DNA of 64,000 nucleotides from Naegleria gruberi (GCA_000004985.1 GG738915.1); one strand, 5' to 3'. Positions 52,313 through 63,142 are shown, counted from the stretch's first letter. A program made the numbers and translations. Notes: generated by a model from the letters alone, not told the origin.

Positions 52313-54265
52313 ATGACGAGTCATCAAACAGGGCAGAGTTCGTCTTTTACGGTTCAGGCGGGCGGCTCATCCTCTTCTTCGACAGTAGTTCCTCCTTCGT
52401 CTTCATCATCATCGGGTAGTGCTGCTGATAGTAACAATAACAATTTGAAGGCAACTAGTGAAAATCATAAAAATGATGATGCCAAATCAACAACAAGTAC
52501 AAATAGTAGTTTACATCAACAACAACAACAACACAGCGAATTAAACATCTCTGGAAATAATTTAAATGTTTTGGTTACACCTGTAGCATTGGATGGAAAG
52601 TCTGAGCCATTATCTCCTACAGCACACAGAAGAGCAACATCAATTTCATCAAATGGATATCCAGCAAATACACCAGCAACACCTGTCCATCCACAATTTA
52701 CTTCTCATCCTGAAGATGATAATGATTCTGATAATGGAAAATTAAAAGGAAAAAAGAACAAGAAGAAAAAGTGGCATGTCAATGCTATGGGTGAAATTGT
52801 TTACAAGGAACACAATTCATATAATTTAATGCGTCAAATCCAAATGGGTATTAGATCTGCAATCAGTGAAATAACACCTAAAAAACAAAAAGATGTACTA
52901 TTACTTAAGGATTTTACTAATATTAACAAAATGCCGTTTCCAGAAAAGGGATCAACAAGAACACCTCCACACGAATTCCCATTCTTTGATTTTTATGATT
53001 ACTCACCATTTCCTTTTAGACATTTGAGAGAACGTTTTGGTATTGATGCTTCCAATTATCTTGTTTGTTTATGTCATGAACTGTCTCTCTCAATTCTTGG
53101 CACTCCTGGTAAGAGTGGTGCTCTCTTCTTTTTCTCTGCTGACATGCAATACATGTTAAAGACTGTAACAAAAAAGGAATCAAAATTCTTGAGAAAAATT
53201 TTGCCAGATTACTATAACCATGTTATGGCCAATCCAAACACTCTCATTACTCGTTTTTATGGAATGTATAGTATAAAACCTCGAGGAGGTAAAAATGTAA
53301 GATTTATTGTCATGAACAATGTGTTTGACACAACAATGTATGTTTCTGAGAGATACGATTTAAAGGGTTCAACTGTTGGACGAGAAGCATCAGAGAAAGA
53401 AAAAAAGAGAGAAACACCAATTTATAAGGATTTAGATTTTTTGAGGAGAAGTAGCAAGTTAAAAGTTGGACCTCAAATGAAGAATCTCATTATGAATCAA
53501 CTTCAAGTTGATGCTACATGGTTGGAAAAGATGAAGATCATGGACTATAGTTTACTAGTTGGTGTTCACAGATTGGATCCTGAATTGGATGCAGAAGTAT
53601 TGAAAGAAGCTCAAAATTGTAATATCAAATTGTCAGATTCTGACATTCCTTCGGAAGCTTTTACTACTGTATTTAATCATGGCTCAAGTGTGGCTTCAAG
53701 TTCAATGACTTCTACATCATACTTAAACGGAACCGATCAGGGAACAGGCGCTTCATCTTCTTTAAATACTACAAATCCAATTTCAGATCATCATGACCAA
53801 GTTGTAAATAGTACAGATATTGCCATTGAGGTTAGTGATGAATCTCATCCAACATTGAATGGTTCATCAAGCACCAAAACCATAGAAAATACACCATCAA
53901 CACATCATCCAACAAGTATGTCAACTACTACACAGGACAGCAGAAAGAGTAGTGAAAGCACCTCCTCATTCTTTGGAAGATTTATGAATCACAGACTGAG
54001 TGTTTCTTTGAAAAAACACTACAGAGGTCCACGTGCCTCTCTATTCCAACAATTCCATGGTGGTACACTGTCACTTCCTTTAGAGGATGGTAGCCGTGAA
54101 ATTTACTACTTTGGTATTATTGATTTGTTACAAAAATGGAATAACAAGAAACAAATAGAAAATATTTTCAAGGGCCTTGTAGCTGACAGAAACCAAATTT
54201 CTGCAGTCTCACCAAAGAATTATGCAATGAGATTTGTAAAATTCTTGGGAGATGGTTTACAATAA
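52313..54265 (+). CDS. PIP5K: Phosphatidylinositol-4-phosphate 5-kinase (type I PIPK), with Ser/Thr/Gln-rich N-terminal and insert regions.
   Basis: The PIPK catalytic core reads 'GKSGALFFFSADMQYMLKTVTKKESKFL', 'FYGMYSIKPRGGKNVRFIVMNNVF', 'MDYSLLVGVHRLD' and the activation loop 'YYFGIIDLLQKWNNKK'. Confidence 0.9.
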   Translation: MTSHQTGQSSSFTVQAGGSSSSSTVVPPSSSSSSGSAADSNNNNLKATSENHKNDDAKSTTSTNSSLHQQQQQHSELNISGNNLNVLVTPVALDGKSEPLSPTAHRRATSISSNGYPANTPATPVHPQFTSHPEDDNDSDNGKLKGKKNKKKKWHVNAMGEIVYKEHNSYNLMRQIQMGIRSAISEITPKKQKDVLLLKDFTNINKMPFPEKGSTRTPPHEFPFFDFYDYSPFPFRHLRERFGIDASNYLVCLCHELSLSILGTPGKSGALFFFSADMQYMLKTVTKKESKFLRKILPDYYNHVMANPNTLITRFYGMYSIKPRGGKNVRFIVMNNVFDTTMYVSERYDLKGSTVGREASEKEKKRETPIYKDLDFLRRSSKLKVGPQMKNLIMNQLQVDATWLEKMKIMDYSLLVGVHRLDPELDAEVLKEAQNCNIKLSDSDIPSEAFTTVFNHGSSVASSSMTSTSYLNGTDQGTGASSSLNTTNPISDHHDQVVNSTDIAIEVSDESHPTLNGSSSTKTIENTPSTHHPTSMSTTTQDSRKSSESTSSFFGRFMNHRLSVSLKKHYRGPRASLFQQFHGGTLSLPLEDGSREIYYFGIIDLLQKWNNKKQIENIFKGLVADRNQISAVSPKNYAMRFVKFLGDGLQ

Positions 54266-54325
54266 TAAATTAATTTATTTTGAATTTCTTACAAATTGTT
54301 TATCTCATTCCTAAATGAAGTTGTT

Positions 54326-56083
54326 CTATTGTACAAGGCATTTACTACCGCTTGGTGTTGGCTTCTTTCCCAAGATATTCATCTTTGTAAATGGAGTCCT
54401 GGTTGTTGGACAACTTGCAATTAAAATATCACCATTTCCATCTCCTCCAATTAAAGCTTCATCATCCATTTCCAAACTCATTACTCCACTTGTAGGAATA
54501 AAGTTTACAACTTTCCAAGGACAGTTCTTAGTATCATTTCCAACCATCACTCCAGATTTGATAAATTTATCAATTTGTGGTGCTTCAGCAAGTTTTGAAC
54601 CATTCAATGATTGAGCAAATTCATCTGTTGTCATAACGACAACTCCAAGCTTGGATCCAACCACAATCTTTTGACCATCAAATTGTAATCCTCTAATAGC
54701 TCCCAATCTGAAAACATCCATATCATATAATATAGAAGGATCTGGATTTTCCTCTTTTGATGAAGAAGATGAAGAAACTTTTCTATAGTCAATAATTTGA
54801 ATAAATCCTCTATCAGATCCAGCTAGGAATAGATATTTTCCTGCCGATGGATCAAAGCATGAAGCATTGACTTCATAGAGATATGCATCAGTAAATACCT
54901 CTCCCACAACATTGGAAGATCTTGTATCGAAAATCTTGATATACTTATCTGCAGAGGCAGTAAGAAAGAGATCTGAATATCTTCCAGATGGATTACAATC
55001 GACATCATAGATTGCACTCTTGTGAGTGGAAACACCATTCTTATCACAAATCAAAGTTTTCACTTCTTTCATAGTGGAAGCATCGAATATTTTGGCCACA
55101 CCATCAGCTCCACCAGTTACAAAGCTACTTTCATTAATAATTCTCAAATTCCATATACCATTCTTGTGATTGTGGGGAACACGTCCGATATTCTTCATAA
55201 TTTCCCCATCCTCAGCCTCTGGATCATAGGAACCATAATTCAATATATTGGAAAATCCTCCAGTCACTAGAAAGTTTGGAATTCTATGTTGTTGAGTATC
55301 AATGCACCACAGCAAACTTCTCTCTTCATAAGTTTCCTTCCATTCATATTTATATTCTACATTGCTTACATATTGAGTTTCATCATCAAATGCAGCTTTT
55401 CCATTCACTTCAATATCATAAAAATTAACACTGTGAGAACAGGTCATTAAATGAATCTTGTTATGATCACTGGTCGATCTTAGGAATGTCAGATAATTAA
55501 TTCCAACACCAGGATCTGGTAATTCAGGTTTCTTCTCACAAGAAGCAAATGTCTTTTTATGATTGATAAAGAAATCATTTTCCATTTGATTTTCCTCTCC
55601 TTCTCTATATCCTCTAAATTTATACCATCCCTTATAGAGTGTCAAATGTTCATATTTGAAAATTTCATAGAGTGAATGCGCATTTGTATTCTCAAAAACT
55701 CGACGTCTTACTATACTTTTTTGTGAGGGAGGAATTTCAAGGTGGGTTTTTTCATCATTTGTTGAAGATGAATTATTTTCATTTCTAATAAATTGTTTCC
55801 ACAATGCATCATTCCTCGATGTATACAAAAAGGTTGAATTTACCAATGAAATATTTAAAATAATTTCCCTATATTCAAGGAATGAAAATATGAGAATTAA
55901 AACATCTTCGGGAACATCAGTTACATGATCCAATGAAGAATCACCCAATTTAAATGGTCCTATTTCATCTACATTATTAGTAGAAACTACTCTTTCCGAA
56001 ACATCATTTAAAACATTTTCATTTGGTTGATCATCAACATCTTCATCAACATGAGAGGATGAACCTGTTGGTTGTTGAAGCAT
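54326..56083 (-). CDS. F-box/WD40-repeat protein (FBXW-like).
   Basis: The F-box reads 'VPEDVLILIFSFLEYREIILNISLVNSTFLYTSRNDALWKQF'. The WD repeats read 'VTGGADGVAKIFD', 'LTASADKYIKIFD' and 'LAGSDRGFIQIIDY'. Confidence 0.7.
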   Translation of the reverse strand: MLQQPTGSSSHVDEDVDDQPNENVLNDVSERVVSTNNVDEIGPFKLGDSSLDHVTDVPEDVLILIFSFLEYREIILNISLVNSTFLYTSRNDALWKQFIRNENNSSSTNDEKTHLEIPPSQKSIVRRRVFENTNAHSLYEIFKYEHLTLYKGWYKFRGYREGEENQMENDFFINHKKTFASCEKKPELPDPGVGINYLTFLRSTSDHNKIHLMTCSHSVNFYDIEVNGKAAFDDETQYVSNVEYKYEWKETYEERSLLWCIDTQQHRIPNFLVTGGFSNILNYGSYDPEAEDGEIMKNIGRVPHNHKNGIWNLRIINESSFVTGGADGVAKIFDASTMKEVKTLICDKNGVSTHKSAIYDVDCNPSGRYSDLFLTASADKYIKIFDTRSSNVVGEVFTDAYLYEVNASCFDPSAGKYLFLAGSDRGFIQIIDYRKVSSSSSSKEENPDPSILYDMDVFRLGAIRGLQFDGQKIVVGSKLGVVVMTTDEFAQSLNGSKLAEAPQIDKFIKSGVMVGNDTKNCPWKVVNFIPTSGVMSLEMDDEALIGGDGNGDILIASCPTTRTPFTKMNILGKKPTPSGSKCLVQ

Positions 56084-56602
56084 TTTTTTTCTACTATTAA
56101 AACAACACTACGAGAAAGAACATTGAACAAGCAAGTTGGTAAGAGATGTTTTCGTATGACGTACTCAGGACGTCAGCAGAACATTGTAAGTGAGGGAATT
56201 TTTCAAATTCATTCATCATTCTAAAGCAATTCACAGAAGAGTGTTACAAGTTTCTCAATTACAAATTCAAACAACCATTTCTTGGAAATGTTCCCTTCTT
56301 TTTCGTCATTTACAAGGGAAACTCAAGAACATTTCTGTCAGAATAATCTGCTGGTATGCAATGTGGCAACTGGTTTCTGCCATCTCCCAATCAAATAGTA
56401 AACAAGACATGAGAATATTAAAATCCCGACCACCTAAACCTGTTGAATATCTTCTATCTCTTCTTTTTGGGGTTGCCGTCAAGAAAACCGGTTATGCTCT
56501 GACCAATCTGAAAGCCAAGCTGATTGTATATTGGATAGTGGTGCGGCTTAAAGATGAAAGTAAGGCAACAGACATAAATGATTACATTGTCTTTCACAAT
56601 TG

Positions 56603-57415
56603 TTATAATTTATTTCTCGAATTAATGAATTGTTTCTTTTTGAGTTCGTAACAATCCATCCAACTATTGAAGAAAATATTAATTTCGTCATCAGTGTAAT
56701 TTTCAGATGGATGGCACGAAGACAAAGGAGAGGAAGGAGAAGAAAGGGAATCGAATTGGGAGGTTATGGAGCAAGTTGTTGTGGAGGAGTATGGTGTAAT
56801 TGTCGAACTAGTTAATGGAATGACTGGTGTGGAAACTTCAGAAGAAGTTTGAACAATATTAGAATTAGAACGGTGTCTAGTGTTTTGAGTCGTACGGGAA
56901 TCAACAGTAGCAACAGATGACGGCTCTTCTGAATCGCTTTGAGAGAATTCATCACAACTAGCACTTATTTCAGAGGAACTCTTTGGAGTAATAGGCATAC
57001 CAGAGATTTCTGTGGTAATATCATTCAAATTGCTGGTGCATGGAGTAATGATGATTGGTGAGTAAATTGAATCTTGTGATTGAAGATTGAAAGAGGAGCA
57101 AACTGGAGTTAAAACAAGAGGAAAGTCTTCCAAGTGACGACGTTTGGATTTTTGAGTTTCCTCCAATCTGTTGGATGGTCGTTTTGTGGACTTGTTTTCC
57201 CTCTTCCTCATTGAATACTCCTTACCATTCTTACACACAGTTAGGATGAGAGAAGGTTTTGGACTCGAATTACTCTGCAGACAGGACTGCAGAGTTTTGG
57301 TAGTTGATGATTTTTCAGTTTCTTCACAACTGATGAGTGAAGAACATGAAACTTTACATTGTTGTTGAACATCAATAACATTCTGTTCAACTTGGCATAA
57401 TCTTGCATGAGCCAT
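56603..57415 (-). CDS. Hypothetical Ser/Thr-rich low-complexity protein.
   Basis: It is a 270-aa ORF from the first ATG (MAHARLCQ...). No domain recognised. It ends just below the assembly gap. Confidence 0.25.
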   Translation of the reverse strand: MAHARLCQVEQNVIDVQQQCKVSCSSLISCEETEKSSTTKTLQSCLQSNSSPKPSLILTVCKNGKEYSMRKRENKSTKRPSNRLEETQKSKRRHLEDFPLVLTPVCSSFNLQSQDSIYSPIIITPCTSNLNDITTEISGMPITPKSSSEISASCDEFSQSDSEEPSSVATVDSRTTQNTRHRSNSNIVQTSSEVSTPVIPLTSSTITPYSSTTTCSITSQFDSLSSPSSPLSSCHPSENYTDDEINIFFNSWMDCYELKKKQFINSRNKL

Positions 57416-57434
57416 TGTTGTTTTTTTCAATGGG

Positions 57435-57588
57435 NNNNNNNNNNNNNNNNNNNNNNNNNNNNNNNNNNNNNNNNNNNNNNNNNNNNNNNNNNNNNNNNNN
57501 NNNNNNNNNNNNNNNNNNNNNNNNNNNNNNNNNNNNNNNNNNNNNNNNNNNNNNNNNNNNNNNNNNNNNNNNNNNNNNNNNNNNNNNN
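57435..57588. other. Assembly gap (154 N).
   Basis: A run of N characters. It interrupts the YKT6-like gene. Confidence 1.
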
Positions 57589-57936
57589 TAATGTATATGT
57601 TGACTTTGGATATTTCTTTTCATACTCAACAAGTACTTTATAGAGTAATGAAAAAGCAACTCTAGCTGGATAATCACTATCTGTAACAATAACAGCACTT
57701 AATTGACTATCCACTCTTGTTTGTACATAACAAGTGTATTCATCCTTGACAATTTGTTGTCTTGTTCCTGGAGGATTTTTATCCGATAATAATCTAGTAA
57801 TAAATACAACATATTCACGAACAGTACCACGTTGAAAGAATCCGAATGAAGATAATTCATCATAGCCGGCCAAAATAACTGATTTGCTATTTGCTGTTGT
57901 TGGCTTGTAGAGAACGTGAATGGCCAATAATTTCAT
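57589..57936 (-). CDS. YKT6: SNARE YKT6 N-terminal longin domain. The gene is truncated by the assembly gap and its SNARE/CAAX C-terminus is not recovered.
   Basis: 'MKLLAIHVLYKP..ANSKSVILAGYDELSSFGFFQRGTVREYVVFITRLL...YTCYVQTRVDSQLSAVIVTDSDYPARVAFSLLYKVLVEY' is collinear with human YKT6 'MKLYSLSVLYKG..LLKAAYDVSSFSFFQRSSVQEFMTFTSQLI...YLCHVYVRNDSLAGVVIADNEYPSRVAFTLLEKVLDEF'. Confidence 0.65.
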
Positions 57937-58686
57937 TTTTTATTATTAGAGTTTTAAATTAATTGAATACCGACAGCATCATCATGCTACAACAATACAT
58001 ATTCTAAGTTTATGTTTGCCTCAAATGGAAAGAACATGTCTTTCCAATTAATATCTTTCTTCATCATCATCATGATTATCAATATGAATTAATCTCAAAT
58101 AATAATATATATTTCAATTTCACCCTTAACAAAGAATTCATACTCAAAGCTCCACATAATAATATTAATATTCTCAATACCTCACATTAATCTCTAATGT
58201 GAATGCAACTTTCATGTTTGCATCTCATCTCAATCCAAAAAAATCACTGACGATAAACTATTCAGGAATTTCTAAATCAAAAAAAAGGCCTCACTTCCCG
58301 TACGAGGCTTTATTAGCTGACTTGTTAAAGTACGAACCAAAGTAACCTCTCCACACTAACTTTATAGTTTAGTTGAACAAGTACGCTGTGATGATCATCT
58401 ATTTATGTATTGGCAATTTGAAAAACCATTCTTGTCAATCTCAATATGTATTATTCAATCAAAAATCCAAAAATGAGTATTGGCATTTGAATTTTACAAA
58501 TATGTGATTCCGTAAATTGATAAATACACTTTATTATACAAATAACAGTTTACAAAGAGAATATTCTTCAGTCGTGTGATTCACAACTTGAAAAAAATAT
58601 CGGCACACATCTTACCATCATCATTGTGTCTTGGTCGCGACCACACAGAACAAACAGAGGATTGTGATGATCACAATAATATACAG

Positions 58687-58795
58687 TACTAATAATGATA
58701 ATAATAATAGTGATAAAATAGATAATAATAATATGCTGAATAATAGTGATAAAATAGATAATAATAATTAATAATAATAATAATAATAATATACA
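58687..58795. repeat. Tandem AT-rich minisatellite with an (AAT)n microsatellite.
   Basis: The unit 'aataatagtgataaaatagataataataat' occurs twice, at about 58690 and about 58738. An (aat)n run follows up to 58795. It lies in intergenic DNA inside the putative element. Confidence 0.8.
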
Positions 58796-58855
58796 GTGAA
58801 TAATATATAGTAGTAGTCAGTTGGTAATTAATAATATCCAAGAACAGTGATCCTG

Positions 58856-60517
58856 TTATTTAAGCAGCGGAATGATATCAAATTCATCATCAGCAGTTCC
58901 AACTTGTTGAACATCTCTCTTTTGATTGTCTCTGAAATTTTCCCATTGATCATCTGTCTTGACAACTTTAAAACAGTAATGGTCGAGAATATGTTCAAAA
59001 TCTTCTTTCCACGCATTCTTAACTCTGGTTATGTTGAATTGTTTACAAATGAATCGTATTGCAACTCCAGGTTGCCTGGTTTTGGCTAGGAATCCCATTT
59101 GTTCGGAAGTGAAAAGAACTCTTCTTCCTGCCAATCTAATTTCAGCTGGTTGAGATATTATTTTGTACTCTTTCTTGACCTTATCTACATAATTTGTAAA
59201 AAGCTTGTAGAAAAGCTTGTGAATTTTCTTTTCAGCCTTCAATTCTACCTGTAATTGCTTAATTTCTGCATCCTTCTCTGCTAGTTGCTGCAAAAGATAA
59301 CTATTAACAAACATTGGTTGACTATTGAACATTGGTTGGTTAAATGATTGGCTAGTTTCAGGATTATTCATCAAGCCAAGGAAACTAACTTGATTTTCAT
59401 CAACAAATGAACTACCACTAATGTTATCACCGACAGTAATACTACTACTACTACTACTACTACTACTGCTACTGCCAGCACTACCAGCACTACCAGCACT
59501 ACCAGTACTGCCAACACTACCAGTAGAAAAAATTGGTTGCTCTCTATTATTGGTCTGTTGTGAAATCAAAGGTTGAGGACAAGTAACATCTTTTGGAGTT
59601 GTGGAATTATTCAACATTGATGGATTCACATTGGATGATGATGAACTTAAATGAGGAACTATGGAAGTGGTAACCTTATTTTCAAATATGACACTATTGT
59701 CAACTTCATCACTTTCATTTTGAAACTTGTTTTGGAATTGAGTAAAGGTCATTCTATTGGTGGCTGCCTCATAATTAACACTCATGCAGGACAGGTTCCA
59801 ATCTTCTATTTGATTGGGAAGCAATTCATCACTGTAGTACTTGTTACAATCTGGTACCAGTGATGTAATTACCACTCTAACTTTGCCAGATTCATCACAC
59901 CCAGTCATAGTGTAGCCATTAGCAATATGAACGAGTTGTTTATCCAATTCTATACCCAAACATACATTGGTACCAAAGGAAGGGGTTGAAGTGAGCTGAT
60001 TTCTTGTCATTAAGTTTGCTTTGACAAAGGAGTCCTTATCCAAAAAGCTTTTCAATTCATCCTTATGACTGAGGATTGTACTCTTGTGTTCTAGAATGGT
60101 GGTTAACAGAGCTGTCTTGTTGCCAGAGTATGACAAACTAGTAGAGCTGTATTTACTACATGATATGATGAAAGCCTTCAAAAAGTCACTTTTAAATTTC
60201 AATTCTTCCAACAATTTAACAGTACAATTAGTGTGCTCTAGATTTGCAATTAATTTGGTGAAGGATTGATTATCACTTGCTTTCAGACCATCTTTCCATG
60301 GTAATGGTTTAGCCTTTTTTAAAGGTTGTACAACTTGAATTTGTTGATCAACAGTGGATGATGATGTAATAGTTTGTGATGTTTGTGTAGGAGGATGGAA
60401 TTGAAATTGTTGAGATGATGATATTGTGGCAGGTGTAGGAAGGCTAGCCTTTCTCTTCTTACCTCTCTTTGTTTTAGTTTGGTTCGGATCGAACTGAACG
60501 AAATGCAGTGAAGACAT
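58856..60517 (-). CDS. Hypothetical 553-aa protein transcribed divergently from the transposase gene. It may be encoded by the element.
   Basis: The N-terminus is basic (KRGKKRKAS), and an (ACT)n microsatellite encodes a Ser/Gly run. No domain recognised. Its ATG lies 47 bp from the transposase ATG. Confidence 0.35.
   Translation of the reverse strand: MSSLHFVQFDPNQTKTKRGKKRKASLPTPATISSSQQFQFHPPTQTSQTITSSSTVDQQIQVVQPLKKAKPLPWKDGLKASDNQSFTKLIANLEHTNCTVKLLEELKFKSDFLKAFIISCSKYSSTSLSYSGNKTALLTTILEHKSTILSHKDELKSFLDKDSFVKANLMTRNQLTSTPSFGTNVCLGIELDKQLVHIANGYTMTGCDESGKVRVVITSLVPDCNKYYSDELLPNQIEDWNLSCMSVNYEAATNRMTFTQFQNKFQNESDEVDNSVIFENKVTTSIVPHLSSSSSNVNPSMLNNSTTPKDVTCPQPLISQQTNNREQPIFSTGSVGSTGSAGSAGSAGSSSSSSSSSSSITVGDNISGSSFVDENQVSFLGLMNNPETSQSFNQPMFNSQPMFVNSYLLQQLAEKDAEIKQLQVELKAEKKIHKLFYKLFTNYVDKVKKEYKIISQPAEIRLAGRRVLFTSEQMGFLAKTRQPGVAIRFICKQFNITRVKNAWKEDFEHILDHYCFKVVKTDDQWENFRDNQKRDVQQVGTADDEFDIIPLLK
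59438..59525. repeat. (ACT)n/(ACCAGC)n microsatellite.
   Basis: 'actactactactactactactgctactgccagcactaccagcactaccagcactaccagtactg'. It encodes a Ser/Gly run on the minus strand within the 58856..60517 gene. Confidence 0.9.
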
Positions 60518-60564
60518 TTTTTAAAAAAAACACCAACTCCACAACAAGTGACACTTTCACCATA

Positions 60565-63037
60565 ATGAAAGAGAAGAGCAATCATTCTAAGGCTTGGTCT
60601 GAATCAACTTCATACAACGTTTACAAGAGGAGTAGTACGAATAAGCAACAACAGCCGAATCGTGATGGCCCCAACCATATGAATATTTCTTCTTTTAATA
60701 TCATCAATGGAGAGTGCAATGCTCAACCCTGCAGATTGTTTGATAGGCATCAAGAACAGATTACCAAAGACTATCTTCCAACTTTCATTAGGGATCTGAA
60801 TGCTTATATGCAAGCAAACTCTATCAATTACCAACTCAATTGTCCTCAACAACAACAACAACAGCCTCAACAGCCTCAACAACAACAACCATCATTACCT
60901 CAACAAATACCCATTCATCCAATAGATAATTCATCACTACCTGCTTCTCCATCATCATCACCAGCATCAACACCATCATCATCAATATCAAATGGAGAAT
61001 TAGGAGGACTGGACATTATGCATGACGATGAATTATTAGATAATCTTGATTTCATGGAAGTTTGGAGAGAGAATTCACTGAAAACACTAAGAAAGCAACT
61101 AACAAAGAAAAAGGATTGCTCTATTGGCAATAATAACCAGCTATCCGATCTATTGTTCGATTTATTATCATTCTATACCGATTCCAACATTTCAAAGGTT
61201 AACATGAGACGAATAGTTGATCTCTTTAACAAGTACTCGGCGATTGGAAAAAAGATTCCAACCCTAGATACTCTCATCAGTAGAATTCACAATGTCAACA
61301 ATGAGTATGAAAAGGTGTTTTATTGTTCAAAGCATTTGACAATTATTAAAGGTGAAACTCTGAAGGCTTGTTCCTGCGAGCAGTGTAGTGTTGAGGGTGT
61401 ATTGAACAAGGAGAATATTCAACACTTTTGGACTAAAAGTATTGCCTCGTGCATATCGAATATGGTTGATAGGGTAGGCTTGAGAAGATTCCAATCACAC
61501 CTATCTGCAGCTACTGATACGAACATTCCTACAGTGGGCCAGAAACATTTCATTAAGGACTGTGTTGATGGGGTCGAGTATAAGAGAATTACAGACAAGT
61601 GGGTCATTCGAGATGATCCCAACACTATTTGCCTCACCATTAGTGCTGGCACTGATGGTGGCTCTGTCAACAAGTCCAACTCTAAATCCATCAATCCTCT
61701 CTTCTTTTGGATAAATGAGATTGGATTGAAACACAGATTTTCCTATCCATTGACTTCATTGGCAGCATATGCAAACCACAAAATACCCTATCAAATACTC
61801 TTGTCCAAATTTATAGATGAACTCAATGAATTGGACAAGGGTTTGACTATTGTTACCAAGGGAGGATGTAAATTCTTTCTAAAAGTAAGTTGATTGTGTG
61901 ATTCATTGGACAACAAGCCAATTATTATTATTATATACATGTGAAACAAATAATTGGATTTGTTACTAGGTTCGCCTCTTTCAAATGATTGTCGATTTGG
62001 TTGCTGCAAAAGATCTCTTGCAAATCAATGGTCACTCGGGCCTGTGTGGTTGTAGATGGTGTCTACATACAGGAGAAAAGAAGGGAGAAAACACTGGTGT
62101 ATTGTATTGTGTAGGAAATTCGAGTTGTAATAGTGGAGTCAATAGAGTTTGGAATAACATGATGCCACAGTTTTGCAAGTTGCAAAAAAATGAGATTTCT
62201 TCCTTCGATGGTGTGATTGGCATTTCAATTCTCCTCAAGCTCAGCTATTTTAGATGGACTACTCAGGTAGCCTGTGATATTTTGCACAATCTTTTAGAGG
62301 GTCTTTGTAAAAAGATTTTGAAGAATATTTGTTCATTGTACAAGACTTTAATTCCCAGCATTGATGGTAAGTATTGTGGTGAAGGAAAAATATGAACTCA
62401 ACCCCTTGGTGTTTAACAATTGAAAGAACGCATCAAACTTATTGAAACTCCATCCATGTATCACAGAGAGATTCGTTCCTTGAATGAGGCTGCAAAGTTC
62501 AAAGCTATTGAATACTACATGTTGTTTGCCTATTGTAAGGATGTTTTCAAGAATATTATTTCTGAAAACCACTTTAACATTTTAAAAAGTGTCGAAACTT
62601 TTATAGGACTCATCATGAATCCTAGTGAGAAGAGTGAGCAAGCCAAGGCAAGTCTATTGCAAATGGCATTCAACTTGCTGCGAAGTGTGGAAATTGAATT
62701 TGGTGAGGAGGATATTACAATGGCCTCTCATACTGTTCTTCACTTTCCATTGTAAGTACTCTACTAGTTATTCAGAATGCAACAATTTCATATAATATTG
62801 ATTGTTTTAAAACAAGATCGATATGGAATTTGGGCCCTCTCTATACCAAACTCTACGTTCATGTTGGAGGATTTGATGGGCTCTCTTACTTCCTCCATCT
62901 ATGGAGGAAAGGCCAACATGGATCATAAGGCTTTGGAGAATTGGTCCATTCATCAAATGACCAGTTTGAAAAGGGTGAGACAATTCACACTTCCAATACG
63001 AACATGGTTTGTATCTTTTTTTTTCAAAGGTTGCTGA
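60565..63037 (+). CDS. CACTA/EnSpm-type (Transposase_21/Tnp2-like) transposase. Four exons: join(60565..61884, 61970..62366, 62427..62751, 62776..63037). The last exon may be decayed.
   Basis: 'FYCSKHLTIIKGETLKACSCEQC' matches the CACTA motif 'ACPNDCILYRGE..LEACPVC'. 'ICLTISAGTDGGSVNKSNSKSINPLFFWINEIGLKHRF' matches 'LsLSsDGfnPF....S.WPV.l.iyNLPP..R'. 'GHSGLCGCRWC' and 'VACDILHNLLEGLCKKIL' (matching D.MH.EKN) follow. The introns have GTAAGT donors and are 85, 60 and about 24 nt long. The first ATG is at 60565; the track ORF begins at a GTG. Confidence 0.6.
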
Positions 63038-63142
63038 CACTCATAATGTTTAGATATTGTTAAATTTTCCAAGGGTATTTTTCAAATTGTTAAACGGTAA
63101 GTAGTTTCATGTCATGATAATGATTAATGATTGTATCACTAT

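Noticed and set aside
58380-58500. C/D-box snoRNA: a 'TGATGA' C-box-like motif at about 58388.
   Set aside because: There is no D box (CTGA) at an appropriate distance, and no terminal stem.
60481-60500. tRNA T-loop-like 'GGTTCGGATCGAAC'.
   Set aside because: It lies inside the coding start of the minus-strand gene (MSSLHFVQFDPNQ). I found no acceptor or anticodon stems around it. I could not support any tRNA in the window.
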